This document shows, piece by piece, positions 11,922 to 23,067 of a stretch of DNA of 30,449 nt. The stretch's first letter is position 1. Each line of letters opens with the position of its first letter. The position numbers were made by a program, and so were the translations under genes. A model generated the notes under the pieces. The model was not told the origin of the DNA. It worked only from the letters and a program-made list of their open reading frames with translations, and ran no database searches. This stretch comes from Folioceros fuciformis (taxonomy: Eukaryota), in contig JBNGIO010006283.1 of NCBI GenBank assembly GCA_049999805.1, positions 296,742-327,190 of the forward strand, read 5' to 3'.

Positions 11922-13633
11922 TCAATGAATGTTGCATCTCTGCAAATATGGCTGGGAATAATCTACGTACTTTTCCCATAAAGGTTTGTATCTGGCCATC
12001 GCAAGCTTCAACCAAGGCTTCAAATTTCCGTTGTAATGCACAACAGCTCCACTTTCAATCGCCTGACTGTCGACATTAGCATCATACCCTAGCCCTAAAA
12101 CATGCCATTTCCGATCCAAAGGTTCCATAAGACCATAGAAGGTAAGCAAGCCAGGAGGCAAGGTACCCAAGCTCCAAAGGGTCCTGTCCACGTTCTGCTC
12201 TTGCCAGTAGTGGTAGCGGCTGGTGACATTGGCCGCTTTCCAGGCCACGAGATCAAATACATTCATCCCAAAAGCCCAACCACAGGACTCGGGATCAAAA
12301 TTGGAGCGAATCTTAGGATGAGAGAAATTAAGATACCTGTGGAAACGGTGGAAACTTTCCAAACATGTCTCCACTGCACCTATCACGTTCCCGCGCAAAT
12401 CAATGGAGAAGAGACCCGTCAGATCTCTCTGCACCACGATGTCATCATCCAGGAACACCACCTTGTTGAGCTCAGGGTATATCTCGGGGATGTAGAATCG
12501 GACATGATTTAGCATTGACAAGTATTTGGGATTCCTGAACTTGACAGCACTCTTGGAGTCTTGGGAGCCCTTGAAGTAGTAACTTTGTGTCTCAGCATCC
12601 TGCAACTGCTTCATTACTGGGACGTACGAGGCGTTCAGCCAGCTAAAGCTGTCAATGTTCTGCACCTCTACAACGGCTCCCCGAAAATCATTCTGAGAAT
12701 ACCATGCCTGCATTGCTGCATAGTTCAAGCTGTCCGTCACTAGGTGGAAAACAAGCTCTTCGGGGTTGTTAGCGTTGCAGACAGTGGAGTTTACCACCAC
12801 CGAGGTAGCCAACACATTGTCCGAGAACACGCAAAAATGGTACAACCTGTTGTCAGTAAACTTAGGGTTAGCGTTCATCAGGGACACACGAGCACGGAGT
12901 TCTGGCTTGGTGACCATGTCCGTGGTCAGCATCATGGATAAACAATAAAGACCCTTCGGCACCGCCTCTGCTGCTATCTGTCCAAACTTTGTGCTCTGCA
13001 CTGCAGCAGCATTCACACGCTCCTCCAAAGCCTGAATCTGAGCCTTAAGCTTCATAATTGTCGTTGCGCTGTCATAGTGAAGCTCCTTTGCCTGAAATAT
13101 CAGAGCTGACAATCCCTTTATAATAGGCTCCGCCTGTGGCAGTGTCACAGGCTTGCTCAGAGTTGCAGCTTGCGACAGCAGCAGCTGACAGGCTCTTATT
13201 TGGGCACTCAACTCCCATGCCAGCTGCAAGTTGTTATTTTCTTTGGCTATCACAAGATATGACTTTGCAAGAGTCATCTGATCCCCCAGTTGCCTTGCAG
13301 GTGAGTTCACGCTCAGCATCTCCATTGTGAAGTTGAGCTTCTCATCTTTGCGCACGCTTTCATACTGCAAAACAGAGGCAGATACAGAGACGCAAGGTTC
13401 TTGAGAAGCAACCCACACAGAAAAACTCCATTACAAACAGCCTGACGCATTCCAGCTTCACTGACGTAGAGCACTTCTGCACTCACCTGAGTTTGCTTGG
13501 GCTCCGGCTGCCGCCGATGACTGACCAGCACAAGTATCAGAATCACGATGAGTCCGCCAGCCAACACAAAGGTGCAGGAAGAGCGAGTTCTTTGGACCCG
13601 TCGGCCCCGGGACAGCTCCCTTCTGAATGCCAT
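11922..13633 (-). CDS. GAUT10/11: Galacturonosyltransferase (GT8), GAUT10/11 clade, 529 aa
   Basis: Exons 13633-13487 (type II membrane anchor) and 13364-11922 (1590 nt). FSDNVLA, KFRNPKYLSMLNH, VVFLDDDIVVQRDL (DxD), CGWAFGMN, LGTLPPGL, HYNGNLKPW. Confidence 0.95.
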
Positions 13634-14186
13634 TCACAACTGCTGGATCTAACGGTGCCTGTTGTGGAACCCACCGCCCTGACATTCATGAGCTGCGTCT
13701 AGGTTCTTTGAAAACCTTGCTTGCATCCACACCACGACGAGAGAATTTCCCTTCGAGGAAAGAAACAACTCCTGCCCTGGAAGCAACAACGGCTTCCTGA
13801 TCTGCCAACTGCCTCCGCTGCTGGCATCCTGGGCTCCAGGCCAGAGCTACGCAAATCCGGCGCCACTAGATCTACTCCTTTGAATGTTAACACTGATCGT
13901 CCCCGACCGATCTCACATGGAAGAGATCGAGAGGAGGCAAACCTTGGCTCGGTAATGGCGGCGATGAGTGCAAGCTAGTAGTCCACCATTGTGGGGCACG
14001 TCCGTGGCCGTCGCACCAGGACGGCTGAACTGGTTACCAAAAACCGAGACTTCGAGTCTCTCTAAGCAAAGGATCCGATGTAAATGGCAACATTCACGGC
14101 GATGAAGCAGGAAGAGAGTTGAAATACGATCGCTTTGACATTGCTAGGGTTTGGGGTTTTACACATTGTGTAGGCCGTGAGGCGCG

Positions 14187-15774
14187 ATGTTGTGGAGATG
14201 TATGGTGCAGCCGATGTGCTGTCATCACTCTCCACCTACTTGGATCCCCAGACGACAAACGTGTCCCGACTCCTCCTTACGGATATCCGGTGCTGTCTGT
14301 TTCCAGATCCGGTGCCAGGTGCTGCGTTGTTTTAACTTCCTGATGCTGCACCTGGCTATGTGGTTGACAAGGAATGTGCCTGCTCTGGTACATGGATACA
14401 ATTGAGGATGCGGACTCGAAAGCATGCTGCTCAGGAAGGAAGGTGCTTTTCTGATGTAGATGGATGAAAGGGAAGATTGGATCCGGAAGAATGAGTCTTT
14501 GGTGAGAGGGGCACCCATTGCCCTGGGCTCAGCCTCTATAGCTGCTGTTCTCCTGAACCGTGCTCTGTCAGGAATCCCCCTCGTAGCCAGTGCTAGCAGG
14601 TATGAGTTGGTTCTCAGAAATAGTGTGGTTGTGTTCTCACTGCTGGAGTCGTTGCTGACAGGCACTTCTCTTCTTGTGAACTCCAGCTCTCTGTCCAGGG
14701 CCGATGTCCTCACCCTGGCGTTAGCAGCCAGCGTTTTGTTGACTGGTCTAGTTTGGAAGTCTGTGCAAACAAAGCCTCCTGTTGCGGTCTCTCACTACCC
14801 AGCTCGTTCCGCTCGTTTCTTTTCCGGTCCTCCTGCTCCTGTTCTGTGAAATGATTTCTGGTAATATGAAGTGCCCTGAAGAAATGAGACTGTTTTGGTG
14901 CCTGCAGGTAAATCTAGAAGGTGTGCAGTGTATGCGGCTCGCTGACAGCCTACCAGATGACGTTCTTCAGGAGCTAAACTGGTGTGCATGTCCTGGAAGC
15001 ACTGTTTAAAGTGTCTGCAGCTGGGACTAAGATTTTGGCTTGCTGACTTACGGGTGTTCTTCGGAAGGGGGACGAAAGCAGGATCTGGGGAGCCTTTCAG
15101 TCTGCAGCACGGTCTCGTGCCCTGGTGGTTGTCTATCAGGACATTTGTCTGCTGCAAGCGGGTGTTGCTGCAGAGTCAGAAGGTCAAGCTGTGACTGTGG
15201 ATGCTGCCAAGTTGATGCAGGGTTCCCTCTGCAAAGGAGTCCTTTCATCTGGAAAACGTAAGTTTGCCTTCAAAACTTTCATTTTGATGCTTTCATGCAC
15301 GATTGCTTACCAGCTCACGTTGGTACAGAGAACTATCTAGCCAATCTGGCCTTGTACCCCGGAAGATTCGAACTACCCTTCCTGCCCAGTAATACGCAGG
15401 TAGGCATACCTCTCCTCTTATTGTAGCACCTACAACATTAAATGTTCAGCTGCCGTGGGTCCGCAATTCGTGATGGCATCGGTGTGTGACATACACAACA
15501 GGCAGTAATTGTGCAACCTTTAGAGCAAGGTGTCTTGGTACTGGGCACCGACACAGTACGCGGATTTGACACGAAAGATCAGGCAGGTGCCTGGTGCTGT
15601 GCTTCGTCTTTCAGTGGACATGTCGATGGCATTCGTGCTCACAAGTAGTGATTTTCTTTGCTGGAACAGGCCTGGATAGCGGCGATCGGACAAAAGTTGC
15701 AGTCCACCTTAAGCGACTGCCACCCTCAACTTGTATCATCAACACCAAACGAGGACCGAGTGAAGCAAATCTAG
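14187..15774 (+). CDS. CCB4: Cofactor assembly of complex C subunit B, CCB4 (cytochrome b6 heme ci biogenesis), plastid-targeted, 292 aa
   Basis: Exons 14187-14318 (transit-peptide-like, least certain), 14460-14599, 14687-14786, 14908-14981, 15082-15257, 15329-15399, 15502-15582, 15670-15774 (879 nt). Motifs AVLLNR, SRADVL, YLANLALYPGRFELPFLPSNTQAVIVQPL, RGF..KDQAWI. Confidence 0.9.
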
Positions 15775-16113
15775 AGCAAATCGTCACGGAATATAAGAGT
15801 TTCCAGGAGTCTAAGAGATTGTTATACACATCCAGGGCGTGAAGGACAGAACAGCTATATGAAACGTTCAAGCAAGATCCGTTGCCTTCAGGTCGTGAAA
15901 TCAACTCATTGTGCTATGTATGACAGCAAATCGAAACCCTAACGTAATCGCATCTGACGATAGGCTTCAGGTAAGGAAGCACACATCTCGCAGGGGGCCC
16001 TGCCAATCTGTTCTCAAAGCTCAGCCTGATGACCTTCTGCCATGCAACAACAGGGACAAAAGAGGGGGTTATGATCAGGAGAAACCCTCAAGCCCGGTGT
16101 TGTGCCATACTTT

Positions 16114-16485
16114 CTAAGCCGAATGCGTACCGCCGACTCCAGCAGCGGGCTTAAACTCCTCCAGCTTCTTGAATTTCTCCCAAGGCTTGACCCAGACGCG
16201 GGCATCCCAGTGGCGAGCCTCATGTCCCTGGTGCGCCTCGATGGTGAGGTGGTAGAGAGTGCCCGCCACCACCTGTGTCTTAGCAGACAGCACCTTGGAG
16301 AAGGAGAGACGCTCGGCGTCGTTGCGGTTGTTATTGTACTCGCTCACCGCGAACTTGGCCAGCTCCTCTACCTCCAGGCTATTCTGCAAGTTAGCGATGT
16401 TCTGCGGGCCTCCCACGAGCGCCATGCTTAACTCCAGGCTCAGACACGCCACCAGCAAAACCAGCAAGACAGCAGCCAGCCGCAT
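16114..16485 (-). CDS. Phytocystatin (secreted cysteine protease inhibitor), single exon, 123 aa
   Basis: Signal peptide, N-terminal GG, LAKFAVSEYN (phytocystatin LARFAV motif), QVVAG reactive loop, VWVKPW. Confidence 0.95.
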   Translation of the reverse strand: MRLAAVLLVLLVACLSLELSMALVGGPQNIANLQNSLEVEELAKFAVSEYNNNRNDAERLSFSKVLSAKTQVVAGTLYHLTIEAHQGHEARHWDARVWVKPWEKFKKLEEFKPAAGVGGTHSA

Positions 16486-16914
16486 TCCAAGATGTCACAC
16501 GCGAATTGAGAGAAATGCGACACCACACACAGGGGCGCAAACCACGACCGCGCCTAGCGTCGAATCTAAATGAGGAGCCTGCTCTGCCTCACAACTCCAG
16601 GCGTGGAGGACAAGTCTAAAAACGTCGAGCAAGCGGAGCCCGGAATGGAATGGACAGGAGCCTATTTCCGGCACACGCGTTCTTCAGAGCGGGTGCCTGG
16701 TGTGGAGCACACACGTCACCCGGTCTGTGGAAACACCTCCAATGTAAAATTTGTAAGTTACATGCTTTAGGGCCCCAACCCTGCTAACCAGGCCGTGTTA
16801 TTGGTATGAAATCATATTTGTTTTGGTTAGTCTCACGATTTGGTTAATCCCATCGTTTGGTCTCACAAACTGTGTGGGTCAGGACGACTTGTGCGCATGT
16901 TCTGTCAGCAGGTG

Positions 16915-17790
16915 AAGCGAAATTCGACGACATCAAAGACGCATGCGAGCTTTTTGAAAGCATGGCCACAAAGGATGTGGTGACATGGAATGCCCTGGTA
17001 TCTGGGCGTGCAAAACGTGAACTCAAAGATGCACGCAAGGGTTTTGACGGAATGAGGACAAAGATGGACAAATGGAGCAGGAGGGGCTGGTTCTGGGTTA
17101 CTTTGTTATACTTTTGCTTGCCTTCTCAAGGGCTGTGGAAGGTTTGGTGACTCAGTAGGGCAAGCAGAGCTGCACTTACTGATTGTTGTCAGAGGACTGC
17201 AAGGTAACCCATCTTGGCGCAACTGCGTGGTGGACATGTATGCACAATGTGGTGGACTGGAAAGTGCACGCCAGGGTTTCGACAGCTTAGGCAAAAAATA
17301 CGAGGTGACATGAGATACCCTAATATGCTGGTATGCACAGCAAGGACTCGGCCACGAGGCGCTCAGTGTACATGGTCAAAAATGGAGGAGGTGAGCCTCA
17401 TTTTGGGTGGTGCTCTTACATTTCCTTGCTCTCTGAGGGCCTGTGGAAGCACGGGTGCGTGTGAGAAAGGATGTAGAGAGCATGGATGCATGTGCGAAGC
17501 AGGAAGGTGGCCATGCACCACACACAAAGGTGGTGTTGAAGCCACTGCATGTCTGAGAAGGAAAAAGAGGATTCGCATTGTGGGCATGCTGAGAAGTTAG
17601 CTTTGGCATCGGTCTCTCGAACACGCCGAGTGGCACACACCTCTGGTCGTCACTAGGAATCTACTCATGTGAGTGATTGCCACAGTTGTATGGAGATCAT
17701 GCCAAAGCTTGAACAGGGCTGACATTGTTGTAAGAAATGGGACCGTGTGCACCGAATGGCTGCTGGTGTCTTTCCTTGGGGATCAGAGTG
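16915..17790 (+). pseudogene. Decayed PLS-class PPR gene with DYW domain of the HAE / 'DYW:KP' type
   Basis: PPR fragments in shifting frames (ACELFESMATKDVVTWNALVSG; NCVVDMYAQCGGLESARQGFDSL; TLICWYAQQGLGHEAL; TFPCSLRACGSTGACEKG) with stops. DYW remnant 17497-17786: KQEGGHAPHTKVVLKPL/SEKEKEDSHCGHAEKLALA/GLSNTPSGT/PLVVTRNLLM/SDCHSCMEIMPKLEQG/DIVVRNG/RVHRMAAGV, with at least six frameshifts. Confidence 0.88.
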
Positions 17791-17920
17791 CTTACTGAAT
17801 TCCATCTCTGGAGAAACTGAGACTTGCACAGGCAAACCCTAAACCCGATCATCGTAACACAGAGGATCAAATCCGAAAGAATCGATTATACCTGGTAGTC
17901 TGAGAAGTCCATGTCCTACT

Positions 17921-20900
17921 TTAGCATGACAAGATGATGGGTTTCAATCTCATGGCTTGCTGAGGTACCACTGCGGATTCGATTTCAGAGTATTGAGCTA
18001 TCAAATCGTCCACTTGATCTGCCAAACATTAATACTTCCTGTTATACACAAGTATTTGCCTGTAGGTTTTATTATCAACATTCAAACTTATTAAATTCTC
18101 AAACATCCATTACCGGAGCAGATATCAAAGTCACTTATTTCCATATACTGTTGGTAGTGATGAACAAAAACGCGCTTCTTGTATAGCTTGTTAAAGGTGT
18201 CCCTCATGGTTCTGAGTTTGTTGCTGTTCAAGTTTTACACCACACATGAAACAATAACAAAATCTAAAATAATTTTATATAATCTAAAAAATCTGCCACA
18301 ACCATAAAAATACAACACACACCCACACACACGCTATTTTGATATACCTGAAAGCTGTGTTATTTGCAAGACAAAGAAGTGATAGATTGGCATTCATTGG
18401 AGGTTGGTGACATATTCCAATTTTAAAACTTTCCTTGTTCCAATGCACCTACAGTATGAGCTTTGTAGTTGACATCAAATCTAATTATTTTTGCATACTT
18501 AAGGAAAGAGCTTAATCCAAGACTTGAAATCAACCAATGCTAATGCATTACCATTCTAAATCGGTGTTTCATACGTTGTAGATTGTGGCTCAAATCAGAA
18601 ACATTGCACACAACTCCTCGTAAAAGAAGAGCGCATCCCAAGTACGTAGCACAAGAAGGATTAACTTTCAACAATTGGCTTTCCTTTGCAAACACCTCAT
18701 TGAACATCTGTGCACCCAGTTCTCACTTTCAGCATGAGATAGTTTGCACTTAGTATACATAAAATGATAAATATTTCTCTTACTTAGACAGCACAGCGAA
18801 TTCAAGTTCTTGTTGCAACACGAACTCACTTGATCCACTCCTTGAGTTTGGGATGTTACTTTATCTGGGGCAAACAAAGATGGGACAATGAAAAAACAAG
18901 CTATGCCAAAACTTTATAAGTATATCTTGCTCATGTTTGTATAATCTCTTAGACCTTACCACAAATTTGTTGCTCCATGTTCAGTGGTGCCATACTGGAA
19001 AGGAGGAAATGTAGCTTGGGGAATGGAACAAGATTGGCTGTAATCTCATTCATGTCCACTTGGTGTTTCAAGGCAGCAAACAACATTAAGCAGCCATGGT
19101 AAGATCGTGATATTATAATGAGAAAATTTATTAAAAAATCACCTAGTTTTGTACTTTACTGCAACATTGTCAGGACCTACCATTTAATGGTCCTTCAAAT
19201 CGAATGGAGCTTGTCAAATTTAGCAAGAGGTTAGCTGCTATTTCATTCATGGAATCAAATGCTTGCAACTTCATCTTCGATTTTGTTCTCGATGTACAAA
19301 AATTTTGCTTTACAACCCAAGCTTCATTTTTTCTAGCCAGAAGAATATCTATATGTAAGAACAAATGGCTCCGAAAGAAAGAAATACTTCTCAAACGAAT
19401 GACTTCATAGAAAACTATGCATACCTGACGATATCAAATAATGCTTGGTTCTCAAGAGGAAGAACACAATCCACATGTTCAGCTAAAGTCGCAGTGGAAA
19501 GAACACTACTTAAAAAATCACCAAAGATAAATAAATGAAACACATAAAACCATGTGGGTATGATTTGTATGGACGAATATGATTGCAGCATCACCTACCT
19601 GTTGTAAGGGGATGTCACGACATCGTCATCCACTGATGGATAGATTGATGTTGTCAATCTATACAGTTTAGGATATATATCCTGACAATATGTAAAGGAA
19701 ATTAATATTTTATTTAAATATTCTTTTAGAATTAATTTTTAAAGAGCATGAAGAAAACATGACCTACATGTAGAGTCTCCATTACATAGCTTCCAAGACC
19801 TGAGCCTGTACCTCCACCTAGTGAATGTAGCAAAAAAAAGCTTTGGGGGGATTCACACCGTTCTACCTACAAACAAAAAAAAACACATCCTTAATCTTTA
19901 TATAAAAAATATCATGGTTTGTTGACCTTAAAGCTTCATACAATCTTTTAAAAAATATTGAAGCCGACTGGTAATTTTTTTGAAGTTTGAAATAAGAGAG
20001 GGAGAAATATATAAATACTATACTATATGTGTTAATCTTGTACCTCGATTCGTATCTTTTCAAGTATCCTATCGATATATTGAGGTCCATATAGTCCGTA
20101 TCCATGAGCCCTAGATTAAGAGAGCATGACACAAAGATGAAATAAAATCAAGCAAAATAATATAAGCATAAAAATTAAGTAAGGAGTGTACCCACCAGTT
20201 GTTCCCAGACCCTGATGTTCCAGCTAGCAGTTGTTTTGAGTCAAAAAGATCAGAAATATTTCCCTACATTAAATAAGAAAGAAAGAAAGAAAGGAGAAAT
20301 AATTATTCAAAGTAAAGTAAAATAAAATAATAACGGACTTAAACATCAACAACTTACTCGTAGTACAGTGTTGATAACATTTTCTTCCATATCGATCAAA
20401 ATTGTTCTAGCCTGTGACACACCATTACGTTGTAGTTCAGGAAGACAGACTTAAGACTCCTGCTGGAGCAGGGCTGTAGAGAAGCTCAACAATAATTGAT
20501 CTAACCTTCAAGGAATGAATAGGAGTATCGCCTGCTCCAACAGGTAGGTCCAGGGGAGGATCGTGGCGGCTATCAACATGCCTGAAGAAGCTGTACAAGT
20601 CATAAGATTAAGATGTTTAGTTAATTAAGTGAAGGAGGGAGGTGAAATCCAAACTGTTGTGCCATTCCAACAAAGCTAATCAGAGTCAGACGCTTGCTTT
20701 CCTGCTCAGAGCGTGATCGTAAGCTGCTTTGGTATTGCAGGTGGCATGCTCCCTGAGAGCCAGTTCCCAAAACCGGCAGCCCACCTTGCAGGAGACCAAA
20801 ACAAAACAACAGAGGGCAAGAATTGGAAGTCAGGCAATGTGCTGTTAACAGCATGGGGAGAAGGCTCAGCTCCATGATTGCAAGGCATGGATCCAGTACT

Positions 20901-20973
20901 GGCCAGCCGGAATTGGAAGTAGTACCTGATTGCCGCATTGACCGCACTGGATGGTAATAATCTCGCGAGGCAT
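17921..20973 (-). CDS. TUBE1: Epsilon-tubulin (centriole/basal-body tubulin, BLD2/TUBE1 homolog), 472 aa, 16 exons
   Basis: Exons 20973-20926, 20784-20702, 20590-20506, 20411-20358, 20263-20196, 20110-20044, 19866-19768, 19681-19599, 19505-19425, 19332-19181, 19058-18960, 18864-18830, 18707-18552, 18448-18348, 18223-18114, 18018-17921 (1419 nt, phases consistent). MPREIITIQCGQCGNQVG, ALSSFFRHVD, IDMEE, SGSGNNWAHG, HSLGGGTGSGLG, DDDVVTSPYN, RFEGPLNVDMNEI, LANNT, FNKLYKKRVFVHHYQQYME. Intron 2 needs a GA donor. Confidence 0.93.
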
Positions 20974-21002
20974 GCTATGCTATGCTATGCTATGCTATGC
21001 TA
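20974..21002. repeat. (GCTAT)n / (ATAGC)n pentanucleotide microsatellite, ~6 units, abutting the epsilon-tubulin start codon
   Basis: gctat gctat gctat gctat gctat gcta directly after the CAT at 20971-20973. Confidence 0.9.
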
Positions 21003-21818
21003 GGCTGCTTTCTTCAACTTCTTGTCAAGAAGCTTCAAGACTGTCTTCTCCAAGAAGCAAACGCCAAGCTCGAAGGCTGACAGTTTTTGCAGTGACAGGT
21101 CAAGTTGGGTGGCCAAGATGTATTCGTTACGTACACTGTATACAGCTCTGAACCTGAAAAGTAAAGTGGTGTCAATAAGTATGCGTGGGAGTAGGTGTGT
21201 TTGGTGGTGGGGAGAGTGATACGCGAAGCAAGAAGGCTGATTACCTATGGCGCGAGTGCGAGTGCAAGTGAGCAATTCTTGCAGTCTGTGTTGAATCCAG
21301 TGCCTCGCGGGGAGTTTCGATCACTCGTGTACGCTCCTGTCCATGGCTTTTGCGGGGAACTCTCACCTTCGTGCACCAGCTGTAGCTACGGATTCTGGGT
21401 ATGGCACGGAAGGCTGCTGGGAGGTAGGTCTAATGGCCTTCGAGGCGTAGTCGGGTTTGAGGCTGGCTGCCTTGATCGATCGTTGCCTGCCTGCCTCACG
21501 TATCAGGCCGGCTCGCAGAAGAGCCGTTTCCCGGTGACTTCATGTACGGATTTTGCAGGGAGAGGAAATGGATGAGAGCGCAGGAGGTCATGGGGCTACT
21601 GTATGTAGTGGTGGGCCTGGACACTGGAAACGTTCCCCCAAAGGTAATGAAGATAAATGAAGAAAAACGAGAAGAAATAGTGTGGTGAGGGACGCTGTGA
21701 CCGGGAGCGACCCTCCCGGAGGGTGACTGAACACAGTGTGGACGTCGTACCGAATCGGAAACAGCAACCAACGGTAGCCAGACAGACTTGCTCTAAGCTC
21801 TTGATGACCAAGGCTGCC

Positions 21819-22455
21819 ATGGCCGCCGTGACCAACGCCTGTGCTTCCACCTGCTGCCTCGCGCGCGCCTTCGCCATCGCCAGCCACAGCCCCAGCTGCA
21901 GCTCCTGCCCCAGCCCCAGCCCCTATGCCACCGCCAGCTGCAGCAGTTCCAGCCTAGGGTCAGCAAGGCTCCAATCAGGGCCTCGATTTGTGTCGCTGCG
22001 AGCAGAGCCGCTGCCACTTCCGCTGCCGCGGAAACGGAAATGGCAGGTGTGTGCGGCGGCCAAGAAGGCGGCCAGCGTAGGGGTGTCGGAGTTCGAGTCG
22101 GTGGTGCTCAAGTCGGAGGTGCCGGTGCTGGTGGATTTCTGGGCCGAATGGTGCGGGCCTTGCAAGCTGGTGGCACCNNNNNNNNNNNNNNNNNNNNNNN
22201 NNNNNNNNNNNNNNNNNNNNNNNNNNNNNNNNNNNNNNNNNNNNNNNNNNNNNNNNNNNNNNNNNNNNNNNNNNNNNGGTGGAAGCTGGCCGCGACCAAT
22301 CGCTGCTTGAGAGGTATGGCATTTACGGCCTACCGGCTTTGATCATCTTCAAAGATGGCCAGGAAGTGTCGGGGAGTCGGAAAGAAGGAGCCATTTCCCG
22401 CCAGAAACTGGAGGCTTTGATCAACGACATCTTGCCTACCCTGGTGTCCAACTGA
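21819..22455 (+). CDS. TRX-x: Plastid thioredoxin x (interrupted by assembly gap; alternative ATG at 21804)
   Basis: Ser/Ala-rich transit peptide, [29 protein letters not shown]. After the gap: [32 protein letters not shown]...stop at 22453-22455. YGLP and SRxEGAI are x-type hallmarks. Confidence 0.9.
22178..22277. other. Assembly gap (100 N)
   Basis: A run of exactly 100 n inside the thioredoxin gene. Confidence 0.99.
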
Positions 22456-23067
22456 CACCTCCTCCGCGGCCTCGTCCACGGGAGACGCAGCGGCAGCGTG
22501 TTCAAGGTTTTCCATTTTCTTCGTCTCCGCGAATGTACAGGCAGACATCGTATCCCTCAACAGTCACCCGGCTGTTGAAGGCGTGTGCAAACTCGGATTG
22601 TGATTCTTACATCTCTTCCTGACGCAGGCCTCTTCGAATTGCGGGCCTTATCATCTTCACTCTAGAGCAAGAGATGGAAACTCATCTTCATAGGTAGTCA
22701 GTCCTCCGTCTCCCGGAGGAGAACGTGGTTGTGATGGATGTGAAACGGCCTACGGCAAGACTGGACGTGGTCTTGTACAGGCCCTGGCACATGCCTTGTT
22801 GAACCTCATGGCTCCAAGACGGGCTTCACGCTGGCCCCCAAAAGTGCTCTTCAGCAATCTTGCCTCGTCGTGCTCATTGCACTTCGTGTTTCTCCAGCTC
22901 TTTGCTTTCAAGGCAGTGTGGAGTGACCCTCTCCCGTGACCAGGCAAGCACGCAAACCCATTCCTCCAGTGAATGTCAAACCACTGTAGGCCGGGCGGTA
23001 GACAAGACCCCTGAAGTTAGGCCACCCTCCTCCTTCAGACGGATAGGCTTACTAACGTCTTCGCTTT

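Noticed and set aside
13458-13689. Out-of-frame upstream ATGs as GAUT uORFs
   Set aside because: They may lie within a 5'-UTR intron, with acceptor-like CAGCAG just before the ATG. This cannot be resolved without transcripts.
21343-21660. Small two-exon plus-strand ORF (MAFAGNSH...CWE|GEEMDES...)
   Set aside because: The splice-like sites are plausible, but the ~60-aa product has no recognisable features and overlaps the putative tubulin leader.
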